Shown here: piece by piece, positions 48,348 through 59,255 of the stretch
Position numbering within the stretch: the first letter of the stretch is position 1
Layout of the letters: each line of letters starts with the position of its first letter
Notes under the pieces: generated by a model
What the model was told of the DNA's origin: nothing
Seen by the model: only the letters and a program-made list of their open reading frames with translations
The model's database searches: none
Source of the DNA: Malacoraja senta
Taxonomy: Eukaryota
NCBI GenBank assembly: GCA_038087875.1
Contig: CM075981.1
Coordinates: forward strand, 2,542,001 to 2,606,000
Length of the DNA stretch: 64,000 nt
Direction: 5' to 3'
Program-made: the position numbers and the translations under genes

Positions 48348-51300
48348 AACCCCTGTCTCACTGTGCGAGCTGACCCATGAGGTACCCCGAGTTTAAAACA
48401 AATTTAACTCGTGGTAATCACGTACATTTAACGTAGCGGGAACGTCGGTACTCGTGGACGCAACTTAGCGAATCTTGGCGCTAACGGCAGGTGCCCGTGA
48501 AACTTGTTAACTCTTGAAAAAGTTCAAACATGTTTAAACTTTTCCACGAGTAAAATGTACTCTTGTGGTTAAAAATGGAAACATTTAAACTCGTTGTAAG
48601 AACGTAGTGGCCCGTGCGTTTACCTTAGTGACTCATGAGACTACCGTGGGAACTCTTTAACTCAGCGGGCAGGCAGCATCTCTGGAGATAAGGAATGGGT
48701 GATGGGATGACATTTCCATATTGAGGGGGAGTGTGGGGTTGGAGCAGGGAGGGAGGGGGTGGGGGTGGAGGAGAGGGTGGAGAGTGGAGGGAGAGACAGA
48801 TGGGGGTGTCTTCATTCACTAGCGGCGGGTGCCGGTCACTGAAACAGGCAGGTGAGATTTAACATCCACCTTGTGTGTGTGTCTCTCTCTCTCCCTCCCT
48901 TCCTCTCACACAGGCTGAGAGACTCTGCCTCTGTGAGTGTACGTCTCTTTCTCCCCCTCTCCCACACAGTAAGACCGAGGTAAGTCCATCTGTGTAAGTC
49001 CATCTGTGTCTCCCACATACACAGTAAAACTCCGCTTTGTGTGTATATACGTCTCCCCCCATTTCTCTCTTCCCCCCCCACCTCTCTCTTCCACCCCCAC
49101 CTCTCTCTTTCTCCCCCACACACAATAAGACCGATGTATTCTGCTTTAGTCTCTCTTCCCTCCCACACACACAGATAGACCGAGGTCCTGTGCGCTCTTT
49201 CTCTCTCCCCCACAGTCAGGCCGAAGTACACCACACTGCCTCTATCTCTCTCTCTCTGTCTCTCTCCCCCTCCTTCATACACCGTCAGGGGTCCACACTG
49301 TCTCTGTCTCTCTCTCTCCCCCCCTACACACACACAGAGACTGAGTTACACACTGCCCGTTGTGTGTGTGTGTCTGCCTCTGTCTGTCTCTCCCACACAC
49401 ACAGTTAAAGGTACTCTACGCTGCCTGTGTGTGTGTGTCTCTCTCTCTCTCTCTCTCTGTCCCACCCCCCACACCCACACACACAACCCCCACACCCACT
49501 CAGTCAGAGGAACTCCACACTGTGTGTGTGTGTGTGTGCGCCTCTGTCTCGCCCTATCACAGTCAGTGAGGTACTCCCCCCCCCCCCCCCCCCCCGCAGT
49601 CTCTCCGCGGCCTCTCCCTGGGCAGGGTGCATCTGCCTCCCTCAGCTCTGATATGGTACATAATGATAAGATTACCGCTGAAATGTTGTTAAAGGCAGCA
49701 AGTTTCACTGCACAAGTAAAGGGCCAGCTGTCCTCGCCAGAACTAATAAACAGTTATTTTGCAAGTTTAAGGGATTTAATAGTTAGTATCAGAACACAGT
49801 ATTTTACTATATGTCTCAAAATGAGAAAAAAAATCTTATAGGATATATTATTTTACAAAGACCAGGTCTCCCACCATTGACTCCATTTACACTCCACGCT
49901 GCCTCAAAACCTATATAATCAAAGACTTGTCCCATCCCGGTCATTTCTTCTTCTCCTTGCTCCCGTCCGGCGGGCAGTACAGAAGTTTGAAAGCGCCAGC
50001 CTCGGGAACAGCTTCTTCCCCTCTATTATCAGGTTTCTTTAAGGTCTTTCTATAACCGAAGGTAATGTCCGATTCACCTCTGCCTCATTACGGACATTTG
50101 GACTCTCTGTGCAACTGGTGCGGTGCAATGCTGAGAACTGTATTCTGCACTCTGTATACTGCACTTCGATTCGTACTTGAGTTTGACCATTATAATTAAG
50201 TATAATATTATTTGATCTCATAGTCATACAACACGGAAACAGCTTATTTGGTCCAATTTCTCCATGCCGAACATGGCGCCCCACATTCCAGCGTATGACC
50301 CATATCCTTCCAAACAGATTTAAAAACACAACAGTGCCTTCAATGGATTTATTTCTAAATTTAAAAAAAAAATATTCATAAAAAGATGTACAGGATATGC
50401 AATACACCAATGCCATGTGTAATTTCAAAAATAATCTTTCTCCTGAATAACATATGTATAAAACAAAAACCGTGTGAAATCTTTTCATAGATTCTCAGTG
50501 GTTAATGCCTTCGGTATTTTTCTAAAATAAACTTTACTCAGAATAAGAAATGTGCACAAATCAAAAACAGTGCAATGCATTATCAGTGTCTATACATTCA
50601 ATAGTGTCAGGACTGTTTCCATCTATATTTAAACTAAACTCTCTTGTTGCTATGTGCCCCTTGGGGTGATATCCCTACCCTTGTCTGACGGGTGTCCCCA
50701 TTTCAATATCCTGCAGCGGAAGGGCCATAGACTGTGGTCCAAATGAACTGCACGTAAATGCAATGCAGATACAAATATTCTGTGTCTGTGTCTGCCATTT
50801 CCGTCTTTATGGCTTTCATGTCACGATTGCCAGTTCAATGAGTAATTCGGCTTAATTCAGATTTTATATGCGGATGCGAATAATTTAATTATAAAGTGTA
50901 AATTCTATTAAATATGTTACAGGGAAAAACGTCCAGCAATGAAAAGACATCCCTGTATTTAAATAGCGCCCATCACAAACTCAGGAGGTTCCAACGTCTA
51001 TTACAGTAAAGGAAGTACAGTGAACGTACTTGGATAAACATAATGTTGAGCATGAATATTGTTTTGTTTAAAAACGGTGGTAACAAGGCTTGTAATTATG
51101 CAAAGGCAGACAAAAAATGCTGGAGAAACTCAGCGGGTGAGGCAGCACCTACGGAGAGAAGAGATATGCGACGTTTCGGGTCGAAACCCTTCTTCAGTCA
51201 CTGTTGCTTATTAAAACAGACCTTCATTCACGTTTGGCTCAAGAGTACCTCGGGAGAGGAACTTGATAACTCGGGAGACGAACTCGGAACATCGCAGAAA

Positions 51301-51439
51301 TGACAGTTAACGGCAAACTTGAGTCATACCCGTGGGAACTCGGTTAAACTCTTGATCATACACTTGGAATCTCGTGCACAACCACGAGTCTTTCGCTCGG
51401 GGTACCTCGTGGGTCAGCTCGCACAGTGTGACAGGGCTT
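48348..51439. mobile_element. 3.1-kb PIF/Harbinger-type non-autonomous element with internal cargo
   Basis: About 45-bp TIRs (AACCCCTGTCTCACTGTGCGAGCTGACCC / GGGTCAGCTCGCACAGTGTGACAGGGCTT), TTA/TAA flanks, splits a SINE that is intact in copy A near 7540. Confidence 0.85.
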
Positions 51440-51931
51440 TAAGGCAGCAACTTTACTGCTGTGCCACCGACTATTTCCTCCTATCAGCCGAAGTTTCATG
51501 TGAAAGGATTATTTCTGAAAACTATGTTCTTTTATTGTTTGGCAAGCAATATCCAACATTGTTCAAATTACACTTTGCAAACTGCTCTGTTTAATAATCC
51601 TCCTGAAACAGTTCACTGTAAAATAATCCCCTCAATATTTATCTCTGTGTATATCATTACCAAACACACCCACTGTTCACATCAGACACATGAAACTGCA
51701 GGTGCCGGTTTACAAAAAGAAAAGACACAAAGCGCTGGAGTAAATCAGCGAGTCAGGCAGCAGCTCTGGAGAACATGGATAGGTGACGATTCGGGTCAAG
51801 ATCCTTCTTCAGGCTGAGTTACTGAGGAGTTACTCCAGCACTTTGTGTCTTTCAATATTCATTCCATATCACAGTCAATTGGAAAATAACTTTTTAAAAT
51901 CTAATGCTAACGTAAAAAGTTTCCATCTTAC

Positions 51932-51988
51932 TTCTGTTTGCTAAAGTTCCAGCCTCCAATGGACAGCAGAGTCTTGAGGTTTGAATTC
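51932..51988 (-). pseudogene. Chitinase B exon 4
   Basis: NSNLKTLLSIGGWNFSKQ. Confidence 0.9.
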
Positions 51989-52687
51989 CTTAAAGAAATG
52001 GCCAAAATATGGCTTTAGAATGATGTTTAGAACAACAGAACATTTTTCAGAACTTCTGGATCTTCTGGGGGGTTTTCGCCCCTTTGGTACTACGTTTAGT
52101 TGAGGGGATTTGCCTCAGTCTGGATCTCAAGGGGGTCACAGAAAATGAGGTGCAAGTTCATGCAACAAGGCTTCATAAGCAATGGGCCAGTCTCACTGGG
52201 CTGAAGGGCCTATTTCCTCAATCTGTGACTGAATGATTCTGTTGGCCTGTCCAATAGCTTTCTCCTGCATATCCCCCTGGACCAAGTCACCTTTCAGACA
52301 GGGGAGGTGGATGAGATGAGAAAACCTTCAACAAATGGATGTGTAACAGGGTCATGTCAAAAACCCCGCTGACCATCGATCACCCATTCACACCAGCTCT
52401 ACTGTAATCATTTATAGTCTTTTTGCTGACTAGTTGGCACGCAACAAAAAGCTTTTTGTTGTACCATGGTACGCGTGACAATAATAAACTAAACTAAATT
52501 AACTGTGGAATATTGGTTATGGAATATGGGTTTGGGGAATATCCAATACAATAACTGGTTAGCACACAACAAAAACTTTTCACTCTACCTCAGTACAGGT
52601 GACAATGAACTAAACTGGACAATGTAAACATCACATACAATGCCCGGCATTTGAGAAACAAGGTTAGTATTTATTCAGCAACTGTAC

Positions 52688-52889
52688 TTGTTCTTCATGC
52701 TGTTGATCTCCTGGTAGAGTTTTGTGTCGTTCCATTTGACGGTGGTGATCTCATTGCTCTTCAGTCCAGCGAAGGTGTAGATGATGTGTGTGCAGAGGCA
52801 AGGGTCCACATTCTCAGGCATGTATTTACCCTCTCCTGATCTGTTCTGCGCCCAGTTGGTGAAGTAACACACCAGCCTGTAGGCAGAGC
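52688..52889 (-). pseudogene. Chitinase B exon 3
   Basis: SAYRLVCYFTNWAQNRSGEGKYMPENVDPCLCTHIIYTFAGLKSNE... Confidence 0.9.
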
Positions 52890-52926
52890 CTGGGCAAGGG
52901 AGAGACAATGCCTCTGTGGCACTCAC

Positions 52927-52962
52927 ACAAAGCAAAGCAAAGCAAGGCCAGTAAGACCACCG
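52927..52962 (-). pseudogene. Chitinase B exon 2 (original donor deleted; cryptic donor at 52926)
   Basis: Acceptor retained; 37-nt and 14-nt deletions relative to A. Confidence 0.7.
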
Positions 52963-55900
52963 CTGGAACAGAAAATAGAGCAGCGTGTTAGGATTACGAC
53001 AAACCGTAATAAATCAGGGATTACGGGAAGAAGACAGAAGAATCGGGTTGAGAGGGAAAGATAGATCAGCCATGATTGAGTGGCTAGAGTGCACTTGATG
53101 GGCCGAATGGCCTAATTCTGCTCCCATCAATTATGAATTTATGAAACCTTGGCTGTATTACGGCCTCCACACAATGACACAATATAAGTGGTTGGGAAAC
53201 TATGAAGATCTATCTTGTGGGCGGCACGGTGGAGCAGTGGTAGAGTTGCTGCCTCACAGCGCCAGAGACCCAGGTTCGATCTTGACTATGGGTGTTCAAC
53301 GTGTGTGGAATTTGTACATCAACCCTGTTATGCTTACTATTCTAGTAAGAATTTGATTGTTCTGTTTCTGGTACATATGACAATAACACACCCTTAACTC
53401 CCTCTCCCTGTGACCAAGTGGGTTTTCTCCGGGAGCTCTGGTTTCCTCCCAAATCCCAAAGATGTGAGGGATTGAAGGTTAGTTGTCCCTCTGTAAAATT
53501 GCTCCTAGTGTGTAGGGAGTGGATGCATAAGTGGGATAACATAGAACTAGTGTGAAAGGCTGAACAAAGGTCAGCGTGGACTCCGTGGGCCGAAGGGCCT
53601 TGTTTCCATACTGTATCTCTAAACTAAACCTTTCCTATCCATGTACCTGTCCAAAATTTATTTTAAATGTTATTATACTTGCCTCATCTACCTCCTCTGG
53701 CAGATCGTTCCATATAATCACCACCCTTAGGGCAACAGGTTAGAGTCATAGAGTCACACATTGCAAAAACAGGCCCTTTGGCCCAATTTGCCCATGCTGA
53801 CCAAGATGCCCCATTTAAGCTTTGTCCTCTCACCCTAAGTAACGTCTGGAGAATTCATTTTTGCTATCATAAGGGTTCGGTGAGTGCGTAAACTATAGCT
53901 CCATCACATTCCCGAGAAGTAATGGCTATCGAAGTTGGACATTGATAAGGTTCATGTTCCAGCACTCCATGAAACGTCACCCATTGCTCACCACAGATGT
54001 TGCCTGACCTACTGCGTTACTCCAGCATTTTGTGTCTATCTTCAGTTGAAGGTTGCTGGAACTCTGTCGAGATTACGTTCCTATCCATGTTCTTCAGGGA
54101 TGCTGTCCGGGATCTCAAAGGATTGCCGACGTGTCAGCTGCCTAGGAGCTGAGATATCTTGGATCGTGGGAGGAGAAATAGGCGCCCCAGTGTGAGTAGT
54201 TTTAACTGCATCGGTTTTTCCCGCTCCGCTAATCCGACGACGAATCACTCATTCGCTGACTTTGCCTGGTGTCCTGACGAGATCAATAATGTTAGTAGTC
54301 TGGAGAACAGTGGATTGGATTGGGTACGGGTGTGGGGTTTGAGTCCCTGTAGGGTTAAAGTCCCTTCCCCGTAGGGATTAGAGTCCCCGCTCGGTATTGG
54401 GGTACATTCCTACATTCCTTCCTCTGGCTTCACAATTCGCAACTCTTCAGTCCTTTTGTCTCACACCTTCTGTCTTTTCATCTCTGGGCTTTATCCAACT
54501 ATCTGCCTATCAAACACCCTCCGTAGCCTGTGTTCACCTATCACTTCCCAGCTTTGTCCCCCCCCCCACCTCTTCAAGCTTTCTGTCCCCTCCCCCTCAA
54601 CAATCAGTCTGTAGACCTGAAATTACACCTATCCATGTTCTCCAGGGATGCTGTCTGACCTGCTGTGTTACTCCAGCACATTTTAGTCTTTTTATTGTAA
54701 GCCAGAATTTGCAGGTCCTTGCTTCTATACCCAGTCTAACCAATCTCTCCTTGTAATTCAATCCTGGCAACGACCTTGTGAATCTTTCCCGCACCCTCTC
54801 TAGTTTAGTAACGCTCTTACCATAGTGCAGTGGGTACATACCCGGTGGAGATCAGTCGACATGGACTGTGAGTACAGTGACTGATCTGTGACCGATGCTA
54901 TGCTTTTCTTCGCTATATTAATCATTTTGTATTAGCCCTGCTATAGTTACAACTTTCTACAGGTCAGTCTTCAACATTGCGGAGACCTGGGGCCATTTGC
55001 CGAGGGCCGCCAGCGTTGAATCTCCGCCCGGCGCGGCCTGTGGACTTCGGGAGCCGCGGACTCTGGTAGGAGGTGGCCGCGGAGGATGTCCTCCAGTCCC
55101 GACGTTGGACTTTCATCACCCTGGCGAGCGGGCTTGAACATCGGGCCGCCCCTAGTGGCGACAGCAGGGGCTCGGGAGCCCCCCGACCACGGGAGGACAA
55201 CAGAGGAGGATGACTGAATTTTGGAGCCTTCCCTCACAGTGGGAAACTTTGATCCCGCTGTGTGGGGATGTCTGTGTTAAAAACTATCGTGTTCTGTGCT
55301 CTTTATTATTCGTATGGCTGTATGGCGACCACACATTTCACTCTACCAATTGGTACATGTGACAAATAAATGTATCTTGTATCTTATATGTTACTGGACC
55401 AAGTGCAGACCCATTGGGTCTGCTCCCCCAACGCACCCGTTCCCTACCCGTAGCCCCCACGGGAGGCATGGTCCTCCAAACCGTTCCCGAACGTAAGATT
55501 CCAGCACTCCCCTTGCCTTCCTCAGCGGTGATCTTTAAAAAAAAATCCAATTGCACTTGCCCTGCGTGTTGCAGTAGCAATTTGCCCTCCCCCTGTTAGT
55601 CTGTTCATTGTGACGTCATCAGTTGAAGATGGTCGATTAGAAATTAAAGGTATTTTGATTATTTTCAACTTTAATCAGTAATGTCGAGAAATAAAGCATA
55701 AAATGTTCAGTGAAAGTGATCTCTGCCTTGAGGGGAAAAATGTGAATCAGAATATGTAAAAATCTTGTGAAAGTTGGCATTTTTAAAGATTTAATTGCGA
55801 ATAACGTGTCAAATATAGGACGACATCCTCACTGCTGGTGGTTTTAACTTCAAAGTCTTTTGACTTTTTAAGACTTTTAATCAGAAATGTCGAGAAATAA

Positions 55901-56878
55901 AGCATGAATTGTTCAGATAATGTGATCCCCGGCCTCGACGGGAAAAATGTCAATCGGAATATGTAAAAATGTAATCCTTAGTGTGTAATCCTAGTGTGTA
56001 ATCCTAGTGTGTTTGCGTAGATGTAAAGACAACCACATATACACACACACGTACAAGATCAGAGTTTTAATAAGTACATGATTTTGTTTTTATATGGAGC
56101 ATGAGCTAAGGAAAGGGGATGTAGATCAGTCACTGCATTCATAGTCCATGTCGGGTGATTGTGGAGACCGTTCCTGGAGGAAGTTATCTGGAGCATGCGT
56201 GTAACCCGGGGCAGGCGCTCGCAGACATCTTGTTGTGTATGTATTGGAGGCTTTGTCTGTAGCGATGCATCCTCGTGGTCATTAAACTGGATTTAAAGTT
56301 AAATAACATCATTATTCTCGCAACTTCATACACCCGGTAACCCTGGGGAGGCCTCACCAACACCCTACAATTCATTGATAGTGTTGGGACTGAGGACCTG
56401 GAAAACCAGCGCACATTGGGAGCAGAAGGCGAGGACACAAGAAAGTAGGAACGTAATCTCGACAGAGTTCCAGCATCCTTCAATTGAAGATAGACACTTA
56501 ATGCTGGAGTAACGCAGTGGGTCAGGCAACATCTGTGGAGAGCAATGGGTGACGTTTCACGGAGTGCTGGAGTTACTCAACGGGTCGGGCAGCATCTGTG
56601 GAGAGAAGGAATGGACGACGTTTCACAGAGTGCTGGAGCAACTCAGCGGGTGAGGCAGTATCTGTGGAGAGAAGGAATGGACGACATTTCACAGAGTGCT
56701 GGAGTAACTCAGCGGGTCAGGCAGCATCTCCGGAGAAAAAGGTTGAGACCCTTCTTCAGACACCTTTTAAATAAAACTTGAGAAACCTGTACTCGTCATC
56801 CTTCAATTTCTAAACCCGATTCTTTCAAAAAAAAGTATTCCAATATCAAAAGGAATTAAAACAACAAAAGGCTCTTAC

Positions 56879-56903
56879 CTGTTCCAAGAAGTAGCTTTGC
56901 CAT
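56879..56903 (-). pseudogene. Chitinase B exon 1 coding part
   Basis: Identical to A exon 1, MAKLLLGT. Confidence 0.88.
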
Positions 56904-56938
56904 CTTGTTACTGTTGCTGACTTGACCTGAGCTGCCTC

Positions 56939-57065
56939 TTTTATACAATGAGCTTATCACGAACAATAATCCAATCTGTTTGTCGTCCCCTTTATCGGTA
57001 AGAAAGGGCAGTCACGATGATCCTCCTGCTATTTACAAAGGGAAAATAATAGTTCTTATCTTGAC
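56939..57065 (-). promoter_or_regulatory. Chitinase B proximal promoter
   Basis: TATAAAA 56939-56945; GATA and forkhead-like sites as in A. Confidence 0.7.
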
Positions 57066-57158
57066 TTCAATATTTTCTCTTCAATAATATCTCGTCCCCT
57101 GTTCAATGTCACCTTTATTTTCACAAGACTGTTTCTGAGCCTGATTGGAAATGACTTG

Positions 57159-57443
57159 AGGGCCTGTCCCACGATGCGAGTTCACCCAAGAGCTCTCCCG
57201 AGTAAAAAAAATAAATCAAACTCGTGGTATGTACTAGGCGGGTACGTAGGACCTTGTGGATCTCCCTTAGCGGCTCGTAATGCTAACGGCAGGTACTCGG
57301 GTAACATGGTAACTCGTGAAGTTATTTCAACACTGAAAAATGTCCAAGAGTTTCCCGAGAGTTACCACATTTCCCGAGTACCTGCCGTTCGCATTATGAG
57401 CCGCTACGGGACATCCACGAACTCGCATCGTGGGACAGGCCCT
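57159..57443. mobile_element. PIF/Harbinger-type MITE upstream of chitinase B
   Basis: Perfect 22-bp TIR AGGGCCTGTCCCACGATGCGAG; TTG/TTA flanks; empty site in A near 12588. Confidence 0.85.
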
Positions 57444-59255
57444 TTAGAAACAGACAATTGTTACAGGAGTAGGCCATTTAGCCCTTCGAGCCAGCACCAC
57501 CATTCAATACGATCATGGCTATTCATCCACAATCAGTACCCGTTCCTGCTATTTCCCTCTATTCCTTAAATCCATTAGCCCTAAGAGCTAAATCTAACTC
57601 TCTTGAAAACATTCAGTGAATTGGCACACAATACTCCAGGTGTGGTCTCACCAGGGCCCAGTACAACTGCAGTTGGATCTCCTTGCTCCTATAATCAAAT
57701 CCTCTCACAATGAAGGCCAACATCCCATTAGCTTTCTTCACTGCCTGCTGTACCTGCTTGTTTACTTTCCGTGAATGATGCACAAGCACACCCAGGTCTC
57801 GTTGCACCTCCCCTTTTCCTAATCTGACAACATTCAGATAATAATCTACATTATCCCTGACACCTGTAGTAATTAACAATGTATCTCTGCCTTAAAAATA
57901 TCCACTGACGGTCTCCACAGCTTTCTGTGGCAATGAATTCCACAGGTTCACCACCCTCTGACTAAAGAAATTCCTCTTCATCTCCTTCCCAAAAGAACGC
58001 CCTTTAATTCTGAGGATGTGACCTCTTGTTCGAGATTCCCTCACTAGTTCCCATCAGAATTGCCCCCTCCATCGACTCTTTTAAGTCAAGACTAAAGACT
58101 TATCTATACTCCCAAGCCTTTCCTGACGTCCTCTGAGTGAGGGCTACATGTATATATGTATGTAGTTTGTTTTGTTGTGCTATTCTTATAACAAATGTAA
58201 AGCACTTTGGCCAACGAGAGTTTTTTAAATGTGCTATATAAATAAATGTGACTTGACTTGACTAGTACAGACGGAAGAGATTAGGTTAACTTCTCAGCAT
58301 CATGATCAACATGGGGCGCCGAACGATTGGCAGTCCCGCCAACAGTCTGTCTGATTTTTCGTATTTTTTAAATTTTTAGTGTGTGTTTAAAGTTTGTGTA
58401 AATGTTCTCTGGTTTGTTTTATGAAGGGGAGGGGGTCGGAGGAAACTTTTTATCAGTTTCTTACCTTGCCGATTAGTTTCCGGATCGCATCTCAGGTCTA
58501 CCATCGATGGAGCTGGAGGCCTCCTCGGACTGACCTTGAGCCCCACCGCAGGGCATGGACTTAACATCGGAGCTGATCCCTTGCCTGGGATCGTTCCAAC
58601 CGCGGCCTGCGGACTTTACATCGGGAGCTCGCAGTCTCGGGAGAGGCCGAGTCGGGAAGCTCCAACGTCGCGGAAGATTCGACCAGCCCTGACGCAGGGT
58701 CCGATCGCCAGCGAGGGGGAGCTGACTTCCTCCCGATGCAGAAGCTGATCGCTGGCTACGGGAGTCAAGATCGTCCAGTCAACGAAGGGCTCGAGGCCCC
58801 CGACCACGGGAGAGCAAAGAAGGGAGGAGATTTGAAAAAAAAAATTGCCTTCCATCACAGAGAGGAATGTGGAGGAGTCACTGTGGTGGATGTTTATGTT
58901 AAAATGTGTTTTGTGTGTTCCGTTGCTTTTTATTGTATGACTGACTTGGCAAATGAAATTCCTCGTATGTTGCAAAACATACTTGGCTAATAAAGTATTA
59001 TTGTGATTGTGATTATGACATCATGTTCAGCACGGACATTGTGGGCCGAAGGGCACGGACATTGTGCTGTACTGTTCCATGTTCTATGTTACATCGTCTT
59101 CTCAATCACAGTGGAGTGGGTGGGGGCAGTGTTGGAAATGGGTTTTAGGAACTAGGGGTACTCTAAGGTCCGTGAGGCTGAGGTTGGGAAGGAAGGGGGG
59201 GGGGGTTTATGTGCGGTCATACCTATGTAAGAGTACAATAATGCATAACTTGTTT

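Larger units (their letters stand above)
39856..56903 (-). pseudogene. Chitinase copy B: catalytically dead chi-lectin-like gene, probably a pseudogene
   Basis: All 11 exons alignable to A; FHGLDINWQYP, MSYN; TAG at 43615-43617; exon-2 donor deleted. Confidence 0.85.

Noticed and set aside
48800-50753. Three-exon gene inside the Harbinger cargo (MGVSSF..., GRAIDCGPNELH)
   Set aside because: The candidate exons do not join into an open frame and have no recognisable homology
39856-56903. Copy B as an uncollapsed haplotype of copy A
   Set aside because: Divergence is too high: many replacements and different intronic insertions
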